A stretch of 63,037 bases of DNA, filler included, from Reticulomyxa filosa (lineage: Eukaryota; Protista; Foraminifera), in the NCBI GenBank assembly GCA_000512085.1. It is 19 parts of 19 records of this genome, joined end to end, with 100 filler letters (N's around TTAATTAATTAA, not from the genome) between each part and the next. Parts side by side here need not be neighbours in the genome. Positions count along the whole stretch, not along the records: positions 24,279 to 28,004 come from ASPP01005762.1; positions 28,105 to 31,493 come from ASPP01016381.1; positions 31,594 to 34,692 come from ASPP01024710.1; positions 34,793 to 37,764 come from ASPP01025074.1; 15 more parts are not named here. One strand, 5' to 3'. Every line of letters begins with the position of its first letter. Position 1 is the first letter of the stretch. Of the stretch, positions 26,443-37,582 are shown piece by piece. The position numbers and the translations under genes are program-made. The notes under the pieces are model-generated. The model worked only from the letters and a program-made list of their open reading frames with translations. It made no database searches and had not been told where the DNA came from.

Positions 26443-27290
26443 TTATCTGAATTTAAAGTAAATGATCAAAGCGATGACAGTCAAAATGATGATAATAATG
26501 AAGCACCACATGACACTCATCATAGCTTGTCTTCGTCCCATTCTTCCCAACACACGACCAACCCTTCCCAAAACGGTGTTGCCTTCGCCTAAGTTTTTCC
26601 TAATGTTGTTGATTCTGTTTTTTTGCTCAACCAATTCACCACTTATTTCCATCGCTTGTTGCTCTGTGTCGTGTAGCTGTTTAGCCGAATCTCGCAACAT
26701 ATCTGTATCTTTGCGCGATTGGTCAGCTGTCGAAATTAGTCGTGCTTGTTCGTCAGTTGTTGTTCCCTTTTTTTTTTTCCAATTTAAAAGTATTTCCTTT
26801 ATATTTTATTTATTTATATTTTTAAAATGAAACTCAATTTAATACATTGGCTGCATCTTTCGCACCAGGAAATAGCTCACTTCTTTGGGCAATTTCTTTT
26901 TCTCGATCAAAGTCTTGTTGCAATGTTTTCAAATCAGTCTTATATCGATTAACGCGATCCTGCCATTTACTTTTTGTATTTGGGTCTAAAGATCTTAATT
27001 CCAGTTCCATGTTTCGCACAGTTTGTTGGCATTCACTTAAATCCGATGTTATACCATCTATTAGCCCTCGGCTCTTTTCTGTTTTTTTCAGAGAACTTAT
27101 CTTTCTTGTTTTTTTTTTTTTTGGTTTTTCCCCCAACAATTCAAAAAAAAATTTCTTTCTTTTTTCTGCCACGCTCTTTTTTTTGTTTGGACACATTTTG
27201 ACAAATATATTAAAAGAAATAATGCCTGCTGATGGAAGCAGATGTGTCTTGGATTTCTTTGTCATAATCTTCAAGCATTCCTGCTGTCAT
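26443..27290 (-). CDS. VTI1: VTI1-type Qb-SNARE, 3 exons
   Basis: N-terminal Habc region (MLEDYDKEI...VRNMELELRSL...DRVNRYKTDL...RSELF), SNARE motif (DTEQQAMEISGELVEQKNRI) and C-terminal TM anchor. Exons 27290-27226, 27104-26846 and 26766-26443. Confidence 0.88.
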
Positions 27291-27635
27291 TTTTAACAAT
27301 GAATGTCCCTCCTCAGAGCTATCGGTCATTCAACAAAAAAAAAGAACCCAGAGCTCAGTCTTGTTTTTTTCCTGTTTTTAGGATTGTTGTTCATTGTGTA
27401 CAAGTAGTATTTGTTCGTTCTGAGATGTAAAGATGGAGAAATGTATATCACAATAATAATAACGTGTCCTTATTTAGCAAAAAAAAAAAGCAAGCAAACT
27501 AACACTCTAGAGGTTATTATTTGTCAAATTTTCAATGAAGAGCAAAAGAAAAACGACGTGAAAGTGCTAGTGCTAAAAACACTGGCAACGTGGAAGGTAT
27601 TTTTTTTTTGCAAATCTCCATTTGACGAGGAAGTG

Positions 27636-27941
27636 ATGATTTTTGGACGATATCTTTCAAGAAATCGACAAACACCGCAACCAACTAAAGAAGCGGGAAT
27701 AACAGCAAATGTCGCACTTCCAATAGAAGCAGAAAGCAACCCAGCAAGAAACACAAGAAAGGACAAGTACCGTCTACTGGTACGTCAACTGTTGTCTTTC
27801 ACGTTGACAGAAGAGAAAGAAAAAGAGCTGCTCTACTGTGCAGCGAAAGGATTCGATTTGCCATTGGTGATTGGAGAACAGTTCATTTGCAAAACGAGAC
27901 CCTTCCAATCGCCCAGTTACCATGCATGCTTAGAGTTGTGA
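27636..27941 (+). CDS. Hypothetical ORF
   Basis: About 100-aa open frame with coding-like composition, divergent from VTI1. No recognisable motif. Confidence 0.25.
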   Translation: MIFGRYLSRNRQTPQPTKEAGITANVALPIEAESNPARNTRKDKYRLLVRQLLSFTLTEEKEKELLYCAAKGFDLPLVIGEQFICKTRPFQSPSYHACLEL

Positions 27942-27970
27942 ACTAAATTTAAACCTCACACAAATAATAT

Positions 27971-28004
<34 letters not shown>

Positions 28005-28104
28005 NNNNNNNNNNNNNNNNNNNNNNNNNNNNNNNNNNNNNNNNNNNNTTAATTAATTAANNNNNNNNNNNNNNNNNNNNNNNNNNNNNNNNNNNNNNNN
28101 NNNN

Positions 28105-28221
28105 AAAGATAGACACAGAGATGGAGATAGAGATAGAGATAAACAAAAGGACAAGGAACTGCGAGCGAAAACTAGATGTAATAGCCGTTCTCGTAGTCGA
28201 GAAAAAAGAACTAGAAAATAA
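28105..28221 (+). CDS. C-terminus of an RD/RS-rich protein
   Basis: KDRHRDGDRDRDKQKDKELRAKTRCNSRSRSREKRTRK-stop at the contig start. Confidence 0.5.
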   Translation, partial: KDRHRDGDRDRDKQKDKELRAKTRCNSRSRSREKRTRK

Positions 28222-30944
28222 ATTTTTACAATAAACAAAAAAGAATTGAAACAGTAAGTTTTGTGAAAATGGACTCAAAGTTCAGATATTAAATCGTAGT
28301 GTCTCTTCCAGCTTACAAAAAAACAAACATAAATGAAATATAACTTCCACAAAATGTCAAATTTTTAATATCTATGTTTTTGGTTCGTGCTAAAAAATAT
28401 CTTTATTTGTTTGAGAACTATTCTTAATCCAATCTTTTTTTTTAGCGAGAATTAAGATCTTATCAATTGAAAAAAAGAGCACTGGTACTATTTTGATTTA
28501 ACTTCAAAATATACATATATAATTAAATACAAAACGCTGCAATGCGAGATCAATAAACTGTCATGAAAAAAATTTTGGATATTCACTATATGTGGCCAGT
28601 AGTGATTAATGTATAGTTGCTAAACTAAATCTTATTATTACTTGTTTTCGAAGTGCTGAAGTATAACAAAATATTGCATTAAATATAATTCTTTCAACGA
28701 ATCAAAGAAAACTAAAACAAAAAAATTAATTTAAACACTTATAGTCATAAAAAAAAAGTTTGTGAAGTTATTGCAATTTTGTATCATTTGGTAGCGAAAT
28801 GGTTTAATTTTGTTATTGCTTGTTAAACTTTTTTTAAAGAGCAACGCGCGAAAATGCGCTAGTCTTGCATACAAAATTAGCTAGCATTATACTAAAAGGA
28901 TATATTACGCTTAGAAAAAGATCACAAAAAGTTCAAGTTTTTAACATTTTATATAATGTAAACTAAAAAAAGATAAACTTTAATTCAAATAAAACAAAAT
29001 TTTCAATATGGATAAGGATAAAAGGTACATTTGCATCAGTGTAGCTGTTAGTATCACAGTATGCAATACTATATAATGTATTCTGCACTAGCTGACTATC
29101 TTCATGATGAGTAGAGAGATGCAAGAAGGAGAGCTCAGCTAACTAAAACGTACAAGAAATTTGAGTATAAAAAAAGAATGTTTTATTTTATGAGTTGAGT
29201 TATTACAACTCTGGAGTCAGTTATGACTCATGTATCACTATAAGGCTAAACATGATTTCAATTTGTCTTCATAACTCATGAAAATAGTTGAATTGAAAAT
29301 TAAAAAAATTAATTTTTTACTGACAAAAGCAATTAAAATTATAATTTGCTCAATAAAACAAAATCTTCATTTTACAAAAATTTTTTGTATATTAAAAAAT
29401 TTTATTAGTTAAAAAAAATTAAGTTAAAGTATTTTTAAAAATTTATTTTCTTTATGTCTTCATCTTAGATCATTTCATGACAAAATCGTTGTAAATATTT
29501 GAAGTTATTATTCAAAATTATTTCAGATAATGCTATATGTTGCTTTATATAGTTGTCCAATCTTTAATTTCATTTAAAATGTAACTTTTTTTGTAAAGCT
29601 GCATCAATAATGGAGTATTTTATTTACTGAATAAAATTATTATTTTACAATATAGTAATTATTGTTTTTGTTTTAAATTTCGTACATTCAAATTATAATT
29701 GACATAACGTACAATCGACCGCAAAAAAAAAGAACCACCTTAAAATGAACAAATATAAACATTAACAATTTTATTAATGAAAAATTAAAATTTTTCAAAA
29801 TCTTTTTTAAATGATATAGACATACTGTATAATCTAAAAATGTTTTTGGTTCAACAAATTTTTCCAACTAATTTTTTTCGAAATTCAGCAATATACCAAG
29901 TGCTATTTTGAAAATATCTTTTTCGTTTACTGGTTTTTTGTAGTGTTTGAATAATAATATTATGTTTTTTGTCATATCTTTTAAATCTACGTATCAATAT
30001 AATTTTTTTCCAACTAAATCTGATCAAAACAGCATATTCGTCAGAAAATAGCACTTGTTTATATTGTTAGATGATCAAATCTTTATGCTCAATAGCATAT
30101 TGCAGTCGCTTTTGTTGATATACTTTATTTACAAAAAGCTTTGCCGCTGAAACGTAACTTCGCAGTCATCATCGATCATTTGGCACAGTGTATTACCATA
30201 TACAATTTATTTTTAAATACGCTTTCAATATTGTGCATGTTGAATCAAAGCATGATTAGTTCGTTATCCTTACAATTAGTCTGTTTTTTTGCTTGTTGTT
30301 TTTCTAAGACGTCATCTTCCAACTTTACGCTATTAAAAATTATTTTCTTTAAGTCGCTTAAGCGCGTTCTTAATTGTAGAAACATGGCGATCCATTAATG
30401 TGGCAATGCGCTTAGTACTAAGACAACATCTTTTGTAAGATTTAATTTCACCAAACTGGCAAGGTGTAAAATGTTTTCACAAAATTCAGGAAAAAAAAGC
30501 AAAAAAAAAGGATTAACAAAACTTAAAAAATGAAAATCTTTAATATTATTAAAATTTTCAAAAATGAACAAAATATGAACGATTTTGCATGGTTTTCTAC
30601 ACTTTAATTAAAAACCAAAGACATTTTTAGATTATACAGTATGTTTATATACTTTTAATTGATTGCATTCTCGTATTCGATGTTGCTTTTTTAATTTTGT
30701 TTTACGTGTGTATGGTACTTCTTCATTTTAATTATAAATCACAATTTTTATTCTATTAACATTTTTCAACAATTCTTTAAAAACAAGTTAAGAGTAGATA
30801 AAGATCAATAAAACATGCAATGATAGCGCTATTTTTGAGGTACAGTTTCTCAACGTTGAAACCTTTTTCTTTTTGAGTGAACTGAGAAGAGAAACGTGTT
30901 AGAAGAAGGGAAGGAAAAAATTTTGTTTTGAGCCCATTTTAAAA

Positions 30945-31375
30945 ATGGTGGTCGAAACAATAAAGAGTAATGTCCCTTTGACAGTGGTTTTGCCCTTCCT
31001 TTTCTCGGAATTGTTGTTGTATATTTTTGCCACCCAACAAGTGTGCGTCTCAGTAGGCACAGACCCATACGTCCGTTATCGGCTTGGGACATGGATATTT
31101 ACAACATTTGAGATCGTTTTGGAAGCATACCTTGTCATTTGTTATGCAAATGGTTTCAATTTTTTTTTTTTTGAAGACAATAATCATCCCAAAAAATTTT
31201 TTGCTCTGAGAAAAATGTCATTCGTTGAAAACAAAAACATCAATCTATAGAAGACCCCGCATTAATAAAAGGGTTTCGCTTGTTATTGTGTTTTACAACA
31301 TTGATCGGAATTGCGAATGCCTATGTGTTTACTTTTATGCATATCGATTCATTGTTTCGAAGCCGTACTGAGCAG
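30945..31375 (+). CDS. Multi-pass membrane protein, 5' exons, unknown family
   Basis: Exon 1 has two hydrophobic helices. The intron (about 31153-31250) splices in frame to EDPALIKGFRLLLCFTTLIGIANAYVFTFMH. Confidence 0.5.
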
Positions 31376-31901
31376 GTCACAAAAAAAAAAAAATTGTTAT
31401 AATTAAAAATTATCGATTACCACTTTTGAGTTTTTTAAGTTTGATAAAATTTAATTTTTTTTTACCAAAAAAAAAAAAAAAAAAACCTCCACGNNNNNNN
31501 NNNNNNNNNNNNNNNNNNNNNNNNNNNNNNNNNNNNNTTAATTAATTAANNNNNNNNNNNNNNNNNNNNNNNNNNNNNNNNNNNNNNNNNNNNAAGGGGG
31601 TGGTGGTGGTGGGTCCGCACTTTCAGTCCCTGGCTCCTGAAAAAAAAACAACAAAACAATCGGCAAAACAAAAAAATAAGATTAATCTTTTTTCATTTTC
31701 GCTCCATAAATAGTAAATAAAAAATTAGAATTAATGATCAAAAACCATATCATCAAATGCAGTAGTCATGGAAATCAAGTTTGTTTAATTCTTTTCTTAC
31801 ATTGCTTGCTCAGATTAATAAAAATTTTGGCGACGGAGAAACTTTGATGCTTAAAAAAAAAAAAGAAATTCTGTTTAATAAAATAAAAATGTGATTGCAA
31901 G

Positions 31902-33105
31902 TTAAGAGTTTAAGAAAGTAATAAGTTCCTCTTTTTCAGAAGTGGAGTTAGTCTCTGCATTTGATGAAATTTGTTGAGTGGAAACAAGATTGTCTGTATT
32001 GTCAGTAGCGATCGCTGACGTAATAACAGAATCGTAATGAGTATCTAGTTCCGATTTATCATTAGTTTGAGAAGCAGAAGTATTTTCTTGGATGCCAATT
32101 TCTTCATATACAGCCATGCCTTTTTCTTTGTCCTGAATGATCAATTTTTTGGATTCTTTTTGAAAGGCTTGTTGTATTTTGGTGCGCTTTTCAATCTCAG
32201 TTTTATTTTGCTTTTCCTCAAGTCTCTTTTGCAAAGCCGGAAAGAACTCTTTCCAATATTCAAGTTTGCAAATATCAATATGTGTGAATAAATCATTTAT
32301 GCCTTGTCCAGTGATGCTACTGACTCCAACTTGGCTAATATTTTTATAAAACGCGTCCAATACATGTCCCAAGGATTTCATTAGTGTTGACATATATGTG
32401 TCCTTATTACGTGCGGTGTGCGTCATACTATACTCAAATGATTCAATATTGTGCATCCATTCTACAGCAAACAAATGTGATTGCACATCGATCTTATTGA
32501 ATGCAATTAAAAATGGTAACTGCGTCTTATACAAAATACTGCATGCATACGTCATATTACTCATAAATGTGGTTGGATCGATACAACGCACTGTATCAAT
32601 TACATAAATTAGCATTGTTGGAAATGTCGCTGCTAACGTTTCTGTTATTATCTGTCCACTAGCCGACCATGTGAATACCTTTTATATATATGTATATCTT
32701 TTATTTTATATTTTTATAATAATAATAATAATAAAATTTAATAAAAACTTCAATTTGTCCAGGAGTATCTATAAATATGTAGTCCAATGAATCACTTCGC
32801 TTCTCCAAAATATTCAGCACTTGATCGAACTTTGTAGAAAATAGATTCAATGAAGTTAAAATAGCACCATTAGGACCCAATTGGAATTCTTTCATCACGT
32901 TCTTGTACTTTACTGTGTCACGGATGTCAATGTGAGGCTCATAGTGTAGTGTGTGAACAGCTGGATCCAAGTTTATAAAGTATGATGGAATCTTGTTCTC
33001 GTTGACATGCATACTTAGCCTTTGCATCAATGTTGTTTTACCACTTCCTGCCATCCCTATCACTAAACATATTACTGGTTTTTTAGATGGTGTTGCACTT
33101 GCCAT
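31902..33105 (-). CDS. GPN1: GPN-loop GTPase 1 (XAB1/NPA3)
   Basis: [53 protein letters not shown]|[30 protein letters not shown]. One 70-nt intron at 32748-32679. Confidence 0.97.
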
Positions 33106-33355
33106 TTTTTTTTTAATAATATTTGTGAATATTGGAGGAAATCCTGTTTTTTTTTTTCCAAAACTTAATTGACAATAAATAGTCATTTGAATTTCAAATA
33201 ATATGGAAAAAAAACAAAATCATACGATTTAATTCTTCATTATGTTATTGAAAACAACTCCTTTCTGTATAATCTTCAAATTATTTTTTCTTTTAATTAC
33301 CTTTCAAAAGGGGGGAAAACTAAAAGTTATTTATATATAAATATCATTGCTCTAC
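33106..33355. promoter_or_regulatory. Putative bidirectional promoter between GPN1 and TRM1
   Basis: 250-bp AT-rich interval between divergent ATGs (33105 on minus, 33356 on plus), with a TATATAAA-like element near 33334. Confidence 0.55.
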
Positions 33356-33891
33356 ATGGACGTACAAATGAAAAAAGAGGAAGAGAATATCCAAAAGGAG
33401 GAGGCTTGGATAGAGGAGGAAGACTCTTGGAAAGAGAATAATATCGACTGGAAAGACTGGAAAGATGACGACACTGGTTGGAAAGATGACAACAGCGGAT
33501 GGGATGATGAAGAGAGTCCTCCAAAGGAAGCGCCTGAAACCAACATCCAAACAGAGGGATTAGCTTTTTTTCAATCAGAAGGAGTTTTTTACAACCCAGC
33601 CATGAGCACAAACCGCGACCTCTCTGTGGCAGCACTGGACTGTTTTGCCAAAATGAGAAAAGAAGAAGTTGAATCTCATAATAGTTTAACATTTTGTTTT
33701 TTTTTTAATTTTTTGGGGGGGGAGAGGAAAAAGACAAAGAAATTTCCGAGAATTTTCTTTTAAAAAAAAAAAAATTAAACAAAGGGTCAATAAAAATCGC
33801 AAAAACAAGATTGAGTTTATTGGAAAACAAGCGAGAAGAGGAGAACGCGGACTTAATGAAGGAGTTGACGAATGTGAATAAATATATAAAC

Positions 33892-33922
<31 letters not shown>

Positions 33923-34692
33923 CATATATCATATATAAATGTATATGTATATATATATATATGTATATGTATAGGCAAGTAAGCAAAAGCCAAAACAATT
34001 CAAAGGCCTAAAAATCTTTGAAGCATTGGCATCGTCGGGACTGCGCAGTATTCGTTACTTGCAAGAGATTAATCCGGAGTTGATAGAAAGCGTGACGATT
34101 AACGACATCGATCCGAAAGCAGTGGAGATGATAAAGGAGAATCTCGCGTTGAATTGTCCGAACAGCACGCAGACGTGCGTGTCGCAAGGCGACTGCGTGG
34201 ACATGATGAAGGGACGCGCAATGGCGGACCAATCGTTGCGATTCAACTGCGTAGACCTCGATCCGTATGGATCGGCGAGTCCGTATTTGCGTTCGGCCAT
34301 CGACGTGCTCGAGGACGAAGGACTGCTGTGTGTGACATGCACCGACATGAGCGTGCTGCACGGCAACAACAAAGACACGTGCTTTCGCAAGTACGGCGCA
34401 CTGTCGATGCACTGCGCGCTGGGACACGAGTTTGGTCTGCGCATCGTGTTGCAAACCATCGTGCAAGAGTGCGTCGCCTTGAACTGCGCGATGGAGCCGC
34501 TGTTGTCGATGTACTGCGATTACTACATGCGCTTTTTCGTAAAAATACATAAGAATAAGGACATCTTTCGTCGCAATATGAATCTGTGTCTTGGCATGTG
34601 TTCGTATTGTCATCGTTGTGATACCTTTCAGGCATTACCTTTTCATACTGACAATGATGATGATAATAATAATAATGATAATGATGATGATG
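33356..34692 (+). CDS. TRM1: tRNA (guanine26-N2)-dimethyltransferase, 3' truncated
   Basis: VFYNPAMSTNRDLSV, LKIFEALASSGLRSIRY, INDIDPKAV, VDLDPYGSA, GLLCVTCTDM, HEFGLRI, DYYMRFFV, CHRC. Introns 33684-33784 and about 33874-33974. Confidence 0.95.
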
Positions 34693-34845
34693 NNNNNNNN
34701 NNNNNNNNNNNNNNNNNNNNNNNNNNNNNNNNNNNNTTAATTAATTAANNNNNNNNNNNNNNNNNNNNNNNNNNNNNNNNNNNNNNNNNNNNCTATATAT
34801 TTCATAATTATTTTAGGCACGTCAAAAATGAATGACTCCTATTGA

Positions 34846-34965
34846 AAATGTATGATGCTGCCAAAATAGGATTTTCAAATAGAGAGTGTATAGGAAAGTA
34901 TGTATACGTATCTCTATGTAAAATGACTGAGTGCTGCCAAAATAGAAAATATTTTAATAGAGAAA
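34846..34965. repeat. Imperfect ~76-bp direct duplication upstream of the RING genes
   Basis: TGCTGCCAAAATAG occurs at 34856-34869 and 34932-34945. Both copies are preceded by AAAATG and followed by AATAGAGA. Confidence 0.7.
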
Positions 34966-35194
34966 TAATAACCATATATTTATATGTATTTTGGTGAGTT
35001 GTATTGAAATATTTCTATTCTGGAAGTTTTTAACCATTTTTCCACAGGTGTTTGCAGAACAATACTTTTTTGTAGGGGGAGTGAGCTAGGGGTAATAACA
35101 AAAAACTTATTTCTTACTTTTTTGCTTGTTCGTTTGCTTTTATTTTGCTTTTTTATTCGTTATTACTTTGTAATAAACGTTTTTTGCTACTAAC

Positions 35195-36619
35195 ATGTGT
35201 GATCATCAACATAATAATGATGAGGCGAAGTCGATGCATGATGCTTTGCGACCACAGCCTGTTACGGTTGACATAACCGGACCCGAGTTATCAAGTCAGT
35301 CTGCTCCTCCTCCTCCACCATTGAATTTAGAGAACCTTTTTGGTGAGACTCAACCTCAAGATGAAGAAATAAAGGGCGAGCCAGCTGAAACTAGGCGCCG
35401 AAGCTACAAGCCCAGGGTATGTTTTTTATTTGTTTTTTTGTTGTGCGAAAAAATTATGTGGTTTTTTTTTACGTATACAGGCGAGTATCGAATTTAATTT
35501 GAGGAAGAAGCCTGTTGATTTTGACAACGTGCGTATCAATTGGCGCACTTCCATCATCAACGGCTCCAGGGACTTCAAGGTGGATTTTGCAGCGCATCCA
35601 GAGCTTATCCAGGAATCCAATCTTAGTTATTGGAAAAAAATCAAGGAGCTGCTGGCAAAGAATCGTGATGATAAGATCAATGAAGCGAATTTTATTGACC
35701 AATACGTTCGAACACTTGGAGTAACGATTCGCAAGCTGGACAAAGGTTTAGAGAAGAAACGTGAGGAGCTGAAGAAGAAAAAATTTGAAATTCTCCAGAA
35801 ATACAGAGAAGAAATGGGATTGCAATTGGATGAAAAAAATTGCGTTATTTGCTATGAAGGGATTGCACGATTACCCATTTTCAAAGCCCGCGAGTTGGTG
35901 AAGTTTGGCTGTGGTCATAATTTTCACATAGGTTGTGCAACGAGTCTCGTTCATTCTGCGGTAAACGGAAACGCTGCTGCCCTCTTTGCCGCAGTACTAC
36001 GTCAATTCGTTGTGGCTGTGGAGATACAGCTTGTTCGCATTTTGTGCTGTACTCTCTCGAGAAAAAAACCAAACTAGCGAAGAAGTGCCGAATCGATGAA
36101 GCGGATATTGTCATTAGCGCTATGGTGGATGAGGAGAAAATTAACGCGGAGGATTTTGAACTTGGCGAATTAAGTAAATTGACTGTCCAGGCTACAACAG
36201 AAAAAATCGCCGAAAATTACGATATCCATTATTATAATTCGGAGAAAGATAAAAAAGCGATGTTTACTGTCTTGGAAAAAATATTATTGGAGAGAAATAA
36301 AATCGGTATTTTTGATGTTGAGTTCATTGAGCCAGCTCCTGTTGTAGATGCGTCATTAGCAAGTGGCAAAAAGAAATTAGAGAAAAAGAATCCTGTCGGA
36401 GCACCAAAAAAGCGTCCAAGAAAAGTTAGTTTCGAAACTAACGTTCAAGAGGTTAATCAAAATCCAAATTTCGAGACTAGTGTGAACCAAATCAACAACG
36501 AGTCAGACTTGGAAACCATTACTGCTCCTCCTCGCCGAAAACGAAGACCGAACATTGCTCCTGTCAAATCCTCTCGTACTCTTCCTCCTAATGCTAACAC
36601 TCCTTCTGACAGCGAGTGA
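35195..36619 (+). CDS. RING-H2 finger protein A (one intron, one apparent frameshift)
   Basis: Intron 35418-35480 joins the frames. A coiled coil precedes CVIC..CGHNFHIGC..[shift at A3, 35969-35971]..CPLC, followed by CGCGDTACSH and basic NLS-like PKKRPRK and PRRKRRP. Confidence 0.75.
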
Positions 36620-36993
36620 AAAAATTTTTCCCGTTTCTGGGCTTAAAACGTTTTCCTCTTTTTTGTTTTTTCGCATTTGGGGAAAGTTCTTTGGAAAATG
36701 CCGTTTTCTTTTTTGGCTTTTAAGTATCTCTTGAGAAGCGCCTTGTGAAGTTCAATTTGCGCTTTTGCTCTCTGAAATATCTTTCATTAATTTCTGCATC
36801 ATTCGTTTTAAAATTTCTTAAAAAATAAAAATAAGAAGTCAAAAATGCACGGATTGTTTTGTTCAGTCTGTAAAATTAACTTTCACGAGTCAGTCAGAAA
36901 CTTTCAAAAAAGACATCGTTAAAAACTCGTAATTTTACTATGCTTTTTTATTTAAAAACCCTTTCGTAATTCGTTAACCTTTTCAGTAAATTT

Positions 36994-37582
36994 ATGTCGA
37001 ATAATAAAAAAACCAAAAGAGAGGCTAATGATAAATGCGCAATTTGTTTGGAAGTTTTGTCATATATGCCTAATATTTGTACTCCTTGTGGACATCGTTT
37101 TCACATCGAATGTATCACCAGTCATTTGCATACTAGCAATTCTGATGGCACTCTTCGCTGGTTTTGCCCTATATGCAAGGCCAGATTATCATGTGGATGT
37201 GGTGACTGCTCTGAATCTTTCTTTGTTGATCCTAACGGCTTATTGGACGATGAGGACGATGATAGCGATGATGATATTTGGGAAGGAGCCAGTGAAAGCC
37301 ATTCTGTGGTTGATAGTAATTGGGTTGTGCAAGATAGAGTTGATAGAAGCACTAACAAAGTAGAGGTGAACGAGATAATGAAAAAAGTCTGGTGTTGACG
37401 ACAGCACAAAGGAATGCATTGTTATTAAAGAAGAGGCTCAATCGACATCATCATTATCAACATTCATGGACTTCGGAAATGAACAGGAACGCAAAGAAAG
37501 ATTAATGAATGCCGAAAAGAGATTCAAGGCTGCTTTGTTTGCAGAGTTAATGAAGGATGATCATCCTGATGAAAAAAAATAA
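36994..37582 (+). CDS. RING-H2 finger protein B (apparent frameshift at A6 run 37381-37386)
   Basis: CAICLE..TPCGHRFHIEC..CPICK, then CGCGDC and an acidic tract. The shifted frame continues SLVLTTAQRNAF...DEKK-stop at 37582. Confidence 0.75.

Noticed and set aside
34008-34635. Multiple overlapping ORFs over the TRM1 exon (also over CDC50 and SPATA20-like exons)
   Set aside because: Locally GC-rich codon usage lowers stop frequency in alternative frames. Only one frame has homology.
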